Shown piece after piece: positions 23,022-32,209 of a stretch of 64,000 bases of DNA. The stretch spans positions 3,264,001 through 3,328,000 of the forward strand of contig CAXXLZ010000002.1 in NCBI GenBank assembly GCA_963675595.2, given 5' to 3'. Each line of letters begins with the position of its first letter. The stretch's first letter is position 1. Below the pieces are notes generated by a model. It saw only the letters and a list, made by a program, of their open reading frames with translations. It did not search any database and had not been told where the DNA came from. This DNA comes from Thermodesulfobacteriota bacterium. Lineage in GTDB: Bacteria > Desulfobacterota > Desulfarculia > JACQYL01. The translations under genes were made by a program, and so were the position numbers.

Positions 23022-23978
23022 TCAGCCCAGAAAGAAATATCCGGCCCCCACGAGGAACAGCACGGCCATGCGGGCGGCATTGTTGCAGACGATGAGGAGC
23101 ATGGCCTGCCTGGGCTTGAAGATGCTCGTGTAATAGGGCAGTTGGGATCGGATCGCCAAGATCGGCGCTGATACGAAACTGCCGATGATCATGAGCAACA
23201 CCACCTGTTTCGCGGTTAATTCTCCGTTTTCCAGAAGTGCTCCCGCAGCCGCCAACCCCGCGGTGTACTCGCCCGTGAAACGGATCACCAGAACGCTCAC
23301 CGCCTGTGGAGGAAGCCATTCCAACCAGCTTACGCGCTTCAGAAGAACCTGTTCCAGCCATTCGAAAAAACCCAACCGGATCAGTGCGAAGACGGCGACA
23401 TACACGGGCGTTGTGGCGAGGAGAATTCTCTTGATCCTTACCACAAAACGGCTCTTGAAGTTTTCAAACACCTCGCGGCGGGTCGGCCGGGCGGTCTGTT
23501 CGGAGGAGGGGACTTCAACAGGAATCGGGCGGGAGGATCGATTCACGATCCTGCTGATGAGCAGGACCACGGTAAAACGAAGCACGGACCCCAAGTAGGT
23601 GAGGCCCACGTATACGAACGCCGCGGATCCAAGAAAGGAGGCCGTCAGCATGAGCAACATGGGCAGTTCCTGCAACATCAAGGGCAAGGTGTTCAGCATG
23701 TTGGCGAGGACAAGGTCGCGGGTCGTTAATTTCCCTTGTTCGTGGGCTTCAGCGAGCAAGGTATTGGCGGCGATTCCTGAAAAAAAGGCGAAGCACAGAC
23801 TTGCGCCGGCCGTCTGAGTGAGTCTGCCGGCTCGTATCAGGGGACTCGCCAGTTTGGAAATTCGCTGAATCCAGTTCATCGCCTCCATGAAATTGGCCAC
23901 AGCCAGGCTCACGGAGATGAAAAGAACGATCTGGAGGAGGGGCTGGATCAACCCTTCCCGGATTTCATGAAATGTCAT
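23022..23978 (-). CDS. Membrane protein with nucleoside-recognition (Gate)-like domains
   Basis: Multiple TM segments; AFFSGIAANTLLAEA and AIRSQLPYY motifs; same strand as and downstream of cobN-like A. Confidence 0.65.
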   Translation of the reverse strand: MTFHEIREGLIQPLLQIVLFISVSLAVANFMEAMNWIQRISKLASPLIRAGRLTQTAGASLCFAFFSGIAANTLLAEAHEQGKLTTRDLVLANMLNTLPLMLQELPMLLMLTASFLGSAAFVYVGLTYLGSVLRFTVVLLISRIVNRSSRPIPVEVPSSEQTARPTRREVFENFKSRFVVRIKRILLATTPVYVAVFALIRLGFFEWLEQVLLKRVSWLEWLPPQAVSVLVIRFTGEYTAGLAAAGALLENGELTAKQVVLLMIIGSFVSAPILAIRSQLPYYTSIFKPRQAMLLIVCNNAARMAVLFLVGAGYFFLG

Positions 23979-24106
23979 GGTGATGGACCGATTGTCGAGG
24001 CGCCTCCGCGTCCCTCTTTGCGGTCGAATTCGCGATGCATGCCGGGCTCGAATCCTTGAACAGGAAATCGGTTCGACCGGGAAATTGAACGGACGGATGG
24101 ACCAGT

Positions 24107-27100
24107 CTATGATTTCTTCGGATTCATCCGCCATTTGGTGTTCCATTTTTCCACGTCGCCCCGAGTCAGAATATTCACTTTGCCCCCTTGGAATTCCTCC
24201 CGCACCTCCCCCATCGTTTCTTCCATATCGCCTTCAATCTCCAAGGCCGTGATTTTCACGGCTTCAAGCAGGTCCCGGTCCGCATCCCACATCCCTCTCG
24301 CCTGCGCCTCCAACAGACGTCGGGTGATCTCCTCAAGGGCGTAAGGATTGTGAGACCGCAACCAGGTCAGGTTTTCCTTATTCAGGATGTATTTCTCCAC
24401 CACGCCGTCGAAGAGCCGCTTGTCCACCTGTTCCGTAACGGCGCTCCATTTGAAGAGATTTCGGACGCCGGAAGAAACGAGTTCGGCTCCTTGGCCGCCG
24501 TGCTCTTTCAGGCCCTCGATCCAGCGGTCGTTCATGAGCTTGGCGCGAAACGCGGCTTCGACGGCGCTTTTCGTATCGTGGATTTTGTTCTTTCCTTGGG
24601 GGGAGGCATCCGCCCAATACAGCTTGGCGGCTTTGCCTCCCAGCGACTTGGCCGCCATGGATACGGCGCCTTGGCAGGTGGCATAGCATCCTTCATCCAA
24701 AAGGTCGTATTCCGGAGAATATTGCTTCATGTAGGAGACGGATACGTTCTTGAGGTGCCCGGCGTAAAGATCATAAGCTTCTACCCCGAAAGCGTCCGGT
24801 TGGCCGGAAGCGCCGTAGGCATGGCCTCCCCAGTTCACGTAGATTTCGGTCAGGTCCTTATGGTCGTTCCAGGCCGAGGCGTCGATGGCCAAATCCACCC
24901 CGATGCCGTAGGAGCCCGGAGGTGAGGAGAATACGCGAAAACCGGCCAGGCGACGAATTCGATCCATGGAATGGGAGGCCCCCATGGTTTCCCGGAGTTC
25001 CCTCATCCGTTCATCGGTATGTTTGCGGACGAAGTTCCACTCGTGGGGCTCGTCGAGGTCCCCGACGAACAGGACCGCGTGATCGAGGATATCGATGAAC
25101 GTGGGCAGCATGTCTCGCACGATTCCGCTTGTCTGGATCAGCACGTCGATTCTGGGACGGGAGATTGCGCTTCCCGTGTGCAGCAGGACCTTGAGCTCGT
25201 CCAGAGGGATGGGCTCCGTCTTCTTGAATCGGCCGTCGGAAGCCCACACGGGTTTCACGCCCATAAGGTACAGAATCTGGCACAGCACCTCGCCGTCGGA
25301 TTTGAAGCCGTCAATGCTCCAGAGGTTGACGGCCACGCTTTCAGGAAAGGTTTTCTCTTCTGTCAGATACTTCGTCAGAAGCGCATCCGCCCTCTGCTTG
25401 CCGATTTCCCAGGCAGCGGGGGTGGGCAGGGCACCGATATCCACGGCGAAGAAGTTACGGTCCGTGGGCAATGCACGGGTCTTTCCCATGAGCAAGGAGC
25501 CGGCCGGTCCCGGTTCGACGTATTTCCCGTCGAGGGCTCGGAGCAGCTGTGGAATCTCGTTCGAACACTCGACAATCCTCTTGTACAGCTCTCTTCCCCA
25601 GGCCTGTATTATGAGAATCTCGGAATCTCTTCCAAGTTGGGACGGCACGTCGCCCGAAAGGATTCGTCCGATTACCCGGCTTTGCACCGCAAAATCATCG
25701 GACCTCGCGTCCTCGAGTTTGCTCACCACACGGCTCAGCTCCGGCAGACCCTCGGGACTCATTCTCAGCATGCCGGTCAGCATCTGAGCAATCTGTGTTG
25801 CGTTCGGTGAGCGACCGAAGACGTGCAATCCCTCGGGAGCGAAGGAATTTCTTGTCAACTCGATCTGTCGAATCCAAAGATCGGCTTTTTCCGGGAGATC
25901 GTCCATGGGGTCGATTTCATCCGTGAACTTCAGCTTTTTCAGAAGGGGTGCCAGGCGTTCCTTGAGGACCTCGGCTCTATCCTCTTCACGGAAGCGGGCG
26001 GCTTTTTGATATTGTTCGAGCAGGTCCGCGAGTTCCTCCGTTTCCCGGTCCGTTTCCGCAGGTCGATAGACGGGGGTCAGATGGTCCACGATCACCGCCC
26101 GGCCCCGTCGCTTGGCCATCAGCCCTTCACCCGGGACATCCATGCAATAGGGATAGATATTGGGCAGGTCCCCAATGGAGATTTCGGGAAAACAGGCGTC
26201 CGACAGGCCGGCGCTCTTGCCCGGCAGGAATTCGAGCGCGCCGTGCGCGCCGAAATGCACCACGGCGTCCGAGTTTTCCTGAATGTACTTATACGCGGCG
26301 ATCCAGTGATGGGGAGGAGCCAGTTGGGGGTCATGAAGGATACGGCAGACCTCGCCGGTGCATTTGGGACCGTAGCAACCGCGCTTGGGTTGTACCATGA
26401 TACGGATGTTGCCGTACTTCAACCCGGTGACCAGGACGTATTCCTTTCCACCTTCGTTCCACGCCATGCCTTGGCCGGGAAAGGCTCCCCAATCTTGAAG
26501 CAGTCGGTCCCGAGCCGAGTCCGGGAGTTCGTCCAGGTAGGACTCATACTCTTCCGCGGAAGTCTTGTGCAGCACTCCGCCTTTGGCGACGATCTCGTCC
26601 ACCGTGGTCCATCGGAATTCCGATATGGCCTTGCGAGTCATGATGGTTCTCTTGAGGCCCTCGCCGGTCAAAGGAACGTCCTCCAGGAAGTAGCCTCGGT
26701 CCTTCATGGCTTTGAGAACCGAAGCGAGGCTTTCGAAGGTGTCCAGACCCACGGCGGAACCGATGGTGGCTTCCACGCTTCTGCATGGAGCGTTGTGCAG
26801 GACGAAGGTGATGCGTTTTTCTTCATTGGGGAGCTTTCGCAATCGAATCCACTTCTCAAGGCGTCGGCAAAGCGATTCCATTCGTTCCTTCACCGCGACA
26901 TATTCTCCTTGGGGGGTGGGCAATCCGGCGGGCGCCTCCGGTTGGACGGCCGTCAAGGTCGGTTCGATGGCTCCGGCTAATTCAGGTTGAACCAGGGAGT
27001 ACACCATGCTGCTCGGCGGCAGGCCGGCCGGGTCCTCGCGCCATGCCCGTTCGCTTCTGTTGTACAGTCGTATGAGCTGAAACAACGGGACATCCAGCTC

Positions 27101-27865
27101 TCTCAGGAGGGACACGTCCTCGGTTTTCGACAGGAGCCGGCCCGCCGTCAAATTCAGTATCGCCTCAGCGGATCCGCTTCGTTGGAAATATTTGAGCCAG
27201 GGATAACGCCTTTCTTTGGGGAGGGCGCCGTCGTACATGCCTTCACAGAACACGCAGATGGGAAGGAATCCGTGGTTTTCAAGGGTCCGGATCAGGGCGT
27301 CGATTTCTCGAGTCTGCCGTTCCACGAGTTGGCCGTAGTAGAAAAGGATTCCCACGACGGATCTACGGCCACGCGGAGGGTGCTCTTGGTCATACCAATC
27401 GAAATAGTCCGAAGTGGATTCAAAGAATTGGGGGGCGTCGGTATGGTAGATTCCGTCCGTGCGCACGCTTTGGACCGCACCCACGGCCCCTTGGAAGCCT
27501 GCGTGCGAGGCGAGGAAGCGAATGCCGTGTCCGAAATTGTCCGCCGAAAGCCTACTCAGATACGCGCGCATTCTTTCCGCATCGTCGCGGGACAGCGTTG
27601 TAAAATCTTTCGGCATTTCGATGCCGTAACCGAAACGAACGGGCACCGCCGTCATCAGTTCGAGGAGTACGTCGAATCCGGGAATTTCTCGGGACAGATC
27701 GGCCGCAACACAATCGACCCCGCCTTCCAACAGGGCCCGGCGAACCGCTTCCCACCCATACTGGCTGAAGGCTCGAAGTTCGATGCCCTCCGAAGAGAGC
27801 GATTCCGACACCGGTTCCCATAAGCGTCGATTGAACATATGGCCTTGAATCAGCAGGATTCTCAT
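24107..27865 (-). CDS. cobN: CobN/BchH-family chelatase large subunit, paralog A
   Basis: QPELAGAIEP, HFGAHGALEFLPGK, AKRRGRAVIVDHLTP, LPTDRNFF, RPRIDV...SGIVRD and PPGSYGIGV. Confidence 0.88.
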   Translation of the reverse strand: MRILLIQGHMFNRRLWEPVSESLSSEGIELRAFSQYGWEAVRRALLEGGVDCVAADLSREIPGFDVLLELMTAVPVRFGYGIEMPKDFTTLSRDDAERMRAYLSRLSADNFGHGIRFLASHAGFQGAVGAVQSVRTDGIYHTDAPQFFESTSDYFDWYDQEHPPRGRRSVVGILFYYGQLVERQTREIDALIRTLENHGFLPICVFCEGMYDGALPKERRYPWLKYFQRSGSAEAILNLTAGRLLSKTEDVSLLRELDVPLFQLIRLYNRSERAWREDPAGLPPSSMVYSLVQPELAGAIEPTLTAVQPEAPAGLPTPQGEYVAVKERMESLCRRLEKWIRLRKLPNEEKRITFVLHNAPCRSVEATIGSAVGLDTFESLASVLKAMKDRGYFLEDVPLTGEGLKRTIMTRKAISEFRWTTVDEIVAKGGVLHKTSAEEYESYLDELPDSARDRLLQDWGAFPGQGMAWNEGGKEYVLVTGLKYGNIRIMVQPKRGCYGPKCTGEVCRILHDPQLAPPHHWIAAYKYIQENSDAVVHFGAHGALEFLPGKSAGLSDACFPEISIGDLPNIYPYCMDVPGEGLMAKRRGRAVIVDHLTPVYRPAETDRETEELADLLEQYQKAARFREEDRAEVLKERLAPLLKKLKFTDEIDPMDDLPEKADLWIRQIELTRNSFAPEGLHVFGRSPNATQIAQMLTGMLRMSPEGLPELSRVVSKLEDARSDDFAVQSRVIGRILSGDVPSQLGRDSEILIIQAWGRELYKRIVECSNEIPQLLRALDGKYVEPGPAGSLLMGKTRALPTDRNFFAVDIGALPTPAAWEIGKQRADALLTKYLTEEKTFPESVAVNLWSIDGFKSDGEVLCQILYLMGVKPVWASDGRFKKTEPIPLDELKVLLHTGSAISRPRIDVLIQTSGIVRDMLPTFIDILDHAVLFVGDLDEPHEWNFVRKHTDERMRELRETMGASHSMDRIRRLAGFRVFSSPPGSYGIGVDLAIDASAWNDHKDLTEIYVNWGGHAYGASGQPDAFGVEAYDLYAGHLKNVSVSYMKQYSPEYDLLDEGCYATCQGAVSMAAKSLGGKAAKLYWADASPQGKNKIHDTKSAVEAAFRAKLMNDRWIEGLKEHGGQGAELVSSGVRNLFKWSAVTEQVDKRLFDGVVEKYILNKENLTWLRSHNPYALEEITRRLLEAQARGMWDADRDLLEAVKITALEIEGDMEETMGEVREEFQGGKVNILTRGDVEKWNTKWRMNPKKS

Positions 27866-27922
27866 GTTCGTCTCCCCGATTGCGGCATAGGACGACCGGA
27901 GTCGTCTCGTCGGCGAATCAAT

Positions 27923-27954
27923 AAAAAAACCCCCTGTCTCGAAAAGACAGGGGG
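27923..27954 (-). terminator. Attenuator terminator of riboswitch 2
   Basis: Minus-strand CCCCCTGTCT-tttcg-AGACAGGGGG followed by T7. Confidence 0.75.
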
Positions 27955-28053
27955 ATTGCACCCGGTTTCCTTCATCCCCTAAATAGATGAGGGATCTCTC
28001 GGATCCTCAAGAGGCAACGGGAGCCTCACGCTCCCTCACTCTCATCTTATGAA

Positions 28054-28213
28054 ACCGGCAGGTCTTCTGGCTCTCGGATCACCCTAATCCCCGCGCCTTC
28101 CCAACGGATTTTCTCCGACAGTGGCCTCGTGCGGGTTTCGTTCCCGATCACAGCGGCGGGACCGCGACGAATTCACATCGTCTTCCCTATTGTTCCTTCT
28201 TAGAAGGACCGAT
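28054..28213 (-). promoter_or_regulatory. Cobalamin (B12) riboswitch 2
   Basis: Minus strand: AATAGGGAA...GCGGTCCCGCCGCTGTG...GCCACTG...GGGAAGG...AGCCAGAAGACCTGCC. Confidence 0.93.
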
Positions 28214-28372
28214 TCCGTTGAAAGCTCTATCCAAGAGCGCCGGCGGAGTCAAGTACAATCGCACGAACCGTTTGAAGACCCCGCTTCCCCGGACTATGTT
28301 TCACACGGGAGTCAGGATTAACTATGAATATCGAACTGTTATGGCCTCTTTCGGGAGCGGGGGATTTGTTGG

Positions 28373-28400
28373 TTGACAGCTTTCCCTTTTTCGATATGAT
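28373..28400 (+). promoter_or_regulatory. Sigma70 promoter upstream of riboswitch 3
   Basis: TTGACA, 16-nt spacer, TATGAT. Confidence 0.65.
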
Positions 28401-28412
28401 TGTCTTTACGTT

Positions 28413-28566
28413 AACAGGTGCTCATCCGAGCTGAAAAGGGAATCCCGTGAAAATCGGGAGCGGTCCCGCCGCTGTGATCGGGGATGCGTCCGCTAATGCC
28501 ACTGTCCGGAAAGGACGGGAAGGCGCGGTCGCCGAACAGACCCGAGAGCCAGAAGACCTGCCTGTT
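28413..28566 (+). promoter_or_regulatory. Cobalamin (B12) riboswitch 3
   Basis: AACAGGTGC...AAAAGGGAA...GCGGTCCCGCCGCTGTG...GCCACTG...GGGAAGG...AGCCAGAAGACCTGCCTGTT. Confidence 0.95.
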
Positions 28567-28631
28567 GGACCTTCTATAGCAACCCCGCGGTAAGGGTTTC
28601 GTAGTATGACGACGGTTTTTCGGGCAGCTTG

Positions 28632-28677
28632 AAAAACTTGTCGCCTGATCCTTGATCCAGGCGACCGGTTTTTTTTT
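28632..28677 (+). terminator. Attenuator terminator of riboswitch 3
   Basis: GTCGCCTG...CAGGCGAC hairpin followed by a T9 run. Confidence 0.75.
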
Positions 28678-28733
28678 ATGCTTGAAAGCCCCCGTCGGCG
28701 AGCCTCGGGTCCGGAAGTCGGATATCGCGGGAT

Positions 28734-29525
28734 ATGAAGTGCGGGAGCGTGCGGATGTCCGGCATCCCTCCGGGGGAGGCGACATTTCAAGGGGCGGTGC
28801 TCCTTTATCTTTTCGGGTTCTTCGCGTCGCTTTTCAGAGCTCGGCGCTTGAGCCGGATATCGATCGGTCTGGGATTGTGCTCGAACCTGCTCTCCGCTGG
28901 GGCGAGATATTACAATGCCTGGCCCCTCCTTCCTCTCTTTCAGGGACCTTTTTTCCTTCCGCTGTTTTTCGGTGTATGCTGCACATCCCGCTTCCGGGAC
29001 GACCACCCGAAGGTCCCGCTCTTCAGCGGGGCGTTGGCCTTGATGGGCTTGACGGCCCTCTTCTTTCCCAATGATTTCTATGTTCCGTTCCTTAAATCGA
29101 AGACGATCTTTTCCCACCTGTATTTCGTCTTCGGCGTGGTGGGCCGAGCCTGCTTTTTCATGAGCGCCCTCTGGGCCGTTCTGTTCCTCATCGACAACAA
29201 GAATCAAAACAAAGGCGGAATGGGTCCCGTTTACACTTGGGTTGTCCGGGGATTTGTTTTCTGGACCCTTTCCATGTTTTCAGCGGAAGCCTGGTCGTAC
29301 TTGAGTACCGGATACCCGGTGGTCTGGGAAGATGCTTCCATGACCACGACCATTGCGGCCTGGTTCTATTATGCCTGCTTTCTTCACCTGCATCTTTACG
29401 GGGTCTGGAGCCTGAAGTTCAGGTCCATCTTCGCGGCAATAGGCGCCGTTGTCGTGTTCACGTTTACCAGTTATCCGGAGCTTGGGGCGTTCCGGATTCC
29501 CGAATTCAGATGGGCTCGGTTTTGA
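28734..29525 (+). CDS. CcsA/ResC-like (cytochrome c assembly family) membrane protein
   Basis: About 8 TM segments; GFVFWTLSMFSAEAWSYLSTGYPVVWED (degenerate WWD motif) and W..YACFLHLH. Confidence 0.7.
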   Translation: MKCGSVRMSGIPPGEATFQGAVLLYLFGFFASLFRARRLSRISIGLGLCSNLLSAGARYYNAWPLLPLFQGPFFLPLFFGVCCTSRFRDDHPKVPLFSGALALMGLTALFFPNDFYVPFLKSKTIFSHLYFVFGVVGRACFFMSALWAVLFLIDNKNQNKGGMGPVYTWVVRGFVFWTLSMFSAEAWSYLSTGYPVVWEDASMTTTIAAWFYYACFLHLHLYGVWSLKFRSIFAAIGAVVVFTFTSYPELGAFRIPEFRWARF

Positions 29526-29820
29526 CTCGTATTTGGGACTTCTGGTGCAGCGTCCGACTGACGGTGCTGTTGCTTTTTTTGATTATGATCGATCTTTGGA
29601 TCGGTTATTTCGTGCTCGAATCTCACAAGAGTTATTTTGTTCCGCTTAATCAACTCGGATTGACGGAGTGGGCCGGTACGTATGGTATTACGCATCCCTT
29701 GATCACGAGTTGGTTTTTTGTTCTTGTTTTTCTACTGGCCTCTTTGGGGTTAAATACGTTTGTTTGCACCACCGACAAGCTGATTTCATTACTTCGTGCA
29801 TATTCATCGTTTCCAAGCTT

Positions 29821-31696
29821 GATGCCGTCGTAAGAACCCCCCTTTACGAACAGGGCTGTTTTTTGGAGCATTGGAAGTTCAAGCGGCCATTGCAACACTG
29901 CCAAGGTTACTGTCATCGTGACATAGGCTACAAAGACGACGGAAATTATCGTTGCTGCCTCCCTCTATCGAGTTGGAAAGGGCCTTCTTGGCCTTATCAA
30001 GGCGGCTCTGGACGAACCTCTTGATGTTGATGGCCAGGGCCTTCATGAAAACAGATAAGGTGACCCGTTTTTTGCCTCGGGTCCACGATCGTTTCAATCC
30101 CGTGACCCGATCCGCTTCGGAGATGGTGGCCTCGATGCCGGACCGGATTTTGTAGCGTTCTTTGAAATCATGGCTTTCCTGCTGTAGTCTGCGCTTGGAG
30201 GTCGCCATGTCCTTGCGCTTGTACTTCAGTCGATAATTTCCGCCCTTGATCCGTTTTACCGGACAGATGGGGAGAAATTCGCATAGGAGACAGTGCTCGC
30301 GGGAAAACACGGCTTCCACCGCTTTGCCGCGGTCAACGATCTTGCATTCAAGTGGCGCGTGCCCCCGGATACAGTAAACGACCTGGGTGCAGTCCTCGTT
30401 CGTTTCAAAGTCACTCAACTGCATCTTATTGAGATCCGGCGCTTTTCCGCAAGTCACCGGAGCGGTAAGCTCGACTCCGTGCTCGTGAGCTTGAAGGATG
30501 TTCTCGCCGCTGCCGTAGCCTGCGTCGGCGAACAACTCTTCGGGTTTGCGGCCCGTTTCCTCCAGGCGTTCGATAACGGGCATCACGTCTTTCTGGTCGC
30601 TGTCATAGGAAGGGGCCACGTCCACATCGGTGATCACCTGGAAGGGATTTTCCTTCACGCAGGTCTCCGTGAGGGAAGCCTTATATCCTTTGCCCTTGCG
30701 CCCATAGGTGGCGTCGGGATCCGAAGGATTCTGCAGGGAGTCCGCAGGGATTTCCTTGGGCTTCTCGAGTTCTGTTTTGTCGGGATCTCCCTCGGTGAAA
30801 CGGCATTGCTCCGACAGTAGTCGGGCCATCAGCCGGTATTCTTTCATTCGGCTGATTTCCGGATGACCTCGGAAGCGGTCCACCAGGTCGGCGAGATGGC
30901 GGGCGGACTTGTCCAGACGACGCTTGGCCCGCGATGATTTTGCATCGGCAAAATAGCCTGCGCGCTTCAAGTAGGCCTTGTCGTAAAGTCGGGGCAGTTT
31001 CTCATACAACTTGGGATGTTTCTTATGGAGCCGTTTCAAGAACGCCTCGATGGTGCGCGTAAAGAGCCCCAGACGGCTCAGATGAGCCATGTTGGAAGTG
31101 ATCTGTGTGGAGTCCAACCGCTGTTTGTCCGTGCTAAGGGCCGCCGTCTCGATGATGGCGTCCGTGATTCCGGTAAAGAGGCTCCGCGCTTGCTTGTTGT
31201 CGGTAATCAAGGTCCGGAAATTGTGCAGGGTCTTCTGGCAGACGTGAGATTCAAAGGCGTTGATGTTGAAGGCATATTGCCAACGCAGATCGAAGTCCAG
31301 AGCGCCCAAGACTTCCGCATCGGTCAGGCTGTTCATTTCCTTCAAAACACACGCTCCGACAAGGATGGCCACGGGTCTGTTGGGCCTGCCGTTGTCCTCA
31401 CAGTAGAAAGGCCGGAAAGACTCCTCATCGATCATGGGAAGCACCAGGCGCCGGAACGGACCGGCCCACGTCTTCTCCAACGCCTCGATCCTGTCTGCGG
31501 GAAGGCAAATATCGTGGTCGAAAATGGTCTTTTGCGTTCTCTTAGGCCGAAACAAAACAACCCCCCTAAGGACCATATTATTAATCAAGTCAGATACTTA
31601 TCATACAGGACCCAAAAGAAAGGTCAACCCATAAATGCCATTTTTATTCATATTTTCAACTAGATACCTTTACGGAGAGGTTTTTACGAACTCATC
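29821..31696 (-). mobile_element. IS1182-like insertion sequence (1876 bp) with AAGCTT direct repeats
   Basis: Imperfect IRs GATGCCGTCGTAAGAACC / GGTTTTTACGAACTCATC; AAGCTT at 29815-29820 and 31697-31702. Confidence 0.88.
29879..31588 (-). CDS. DDE transposase (IS1182/IS5-like, DUF772 plus DDE)
   Basis: GRPNRP, RLDSTQI, LQNPSDPDATY, GYK, ADAGYGS and YKIRSGIEATISE; start uncertain. Confidence 0.88.
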   Translation of the reverse strand: MINNMVLRGVVLFRPKRTQKTIFDHDICLPADRIEALEKTWAGPFRRLVLPMIDEESFRPFYCEDNGRPNRPVAILVGACVLKEMNSLTDAEVLGALDFDLRWQYAFNINAFESHVCQKTLHNFRTLITDNKQARSLFTGITDAIIETAALSTDKQRLDSTQITSNMAHLSRLGLFTRTIEAFLKRLHKKHPKLYEKLPRLYDKAYLKRAGYFADAKSSRAKRRLDKSARHLADLVDRFRGHPEISRMKEYRLMARLLSEQCRFTEGDPDKTELEKPKEIPADSLQNPSDPDATYGRKGKGYKASLTETCVKENPFQVITDVDVAPSYDSDQKDVMPVIERLEETGRKPEELFADAGYGSGENILQAHEHGVELTAPVTCGKAPDLNKMQLSDFETNEDCTQVVYCIRGHAPLECKIVDRGKAVEAVFSREHCLLCEFLPICPVKRIKGGNYRLKYKRKDMATSKRRLQQESHDFKERYKIRSGIEATISEADRVTGLKRSWTRGKKRVTLSVFMKALAINIKRFVQSRLDKAKKALSNSIEGGSNDNFRRLCSLCHDDSNLGSVAMAA

Positions 31697-32209
31697 AAGC
31701 TTGTATAGGTTTGTGTTCAAGTTGTCTCCACACTTAATGCATTATGCCGTATTGGTAATTTTATTGGGTTTTCTCGTGAGCTACCTGACGTCGTCCGTTT
31801 ATCCGGGAAAGATATTGCTTCCGAATACACCAATCAATCTGCCCGGATCGTCCTTTTCCATGGTCATGAAAGCAATGGACGTCGAGTTCTACAACGGGTC
31901 TCGGTTGGGGTTTTTAGAGGATCAAGCCATGGAAGTGACCGCGCGGGTCGACTTTCGGGATCAGGAAGGTCGGCCGTTAAAGGAAGCCGTTCTGGCCGTC
32001 AATCGACCGGTGTGGTTTCAAGGTATGAGCATTCACATCAAAGACTTCGCTCCGCGATCCAAAAGAGGAATGCCCCAGCGGGACCACGTCGCGGTGATTA
32101 TCAAACGGGATCGGGGTATTTGGCTCTACATCGCCGGCACGGTGCTGTTTACCTTGGGATTGCTCATGTATTTCCATGAATGGGTTCGAAAAAGGCAAGG
32201 GAAGTGGTG

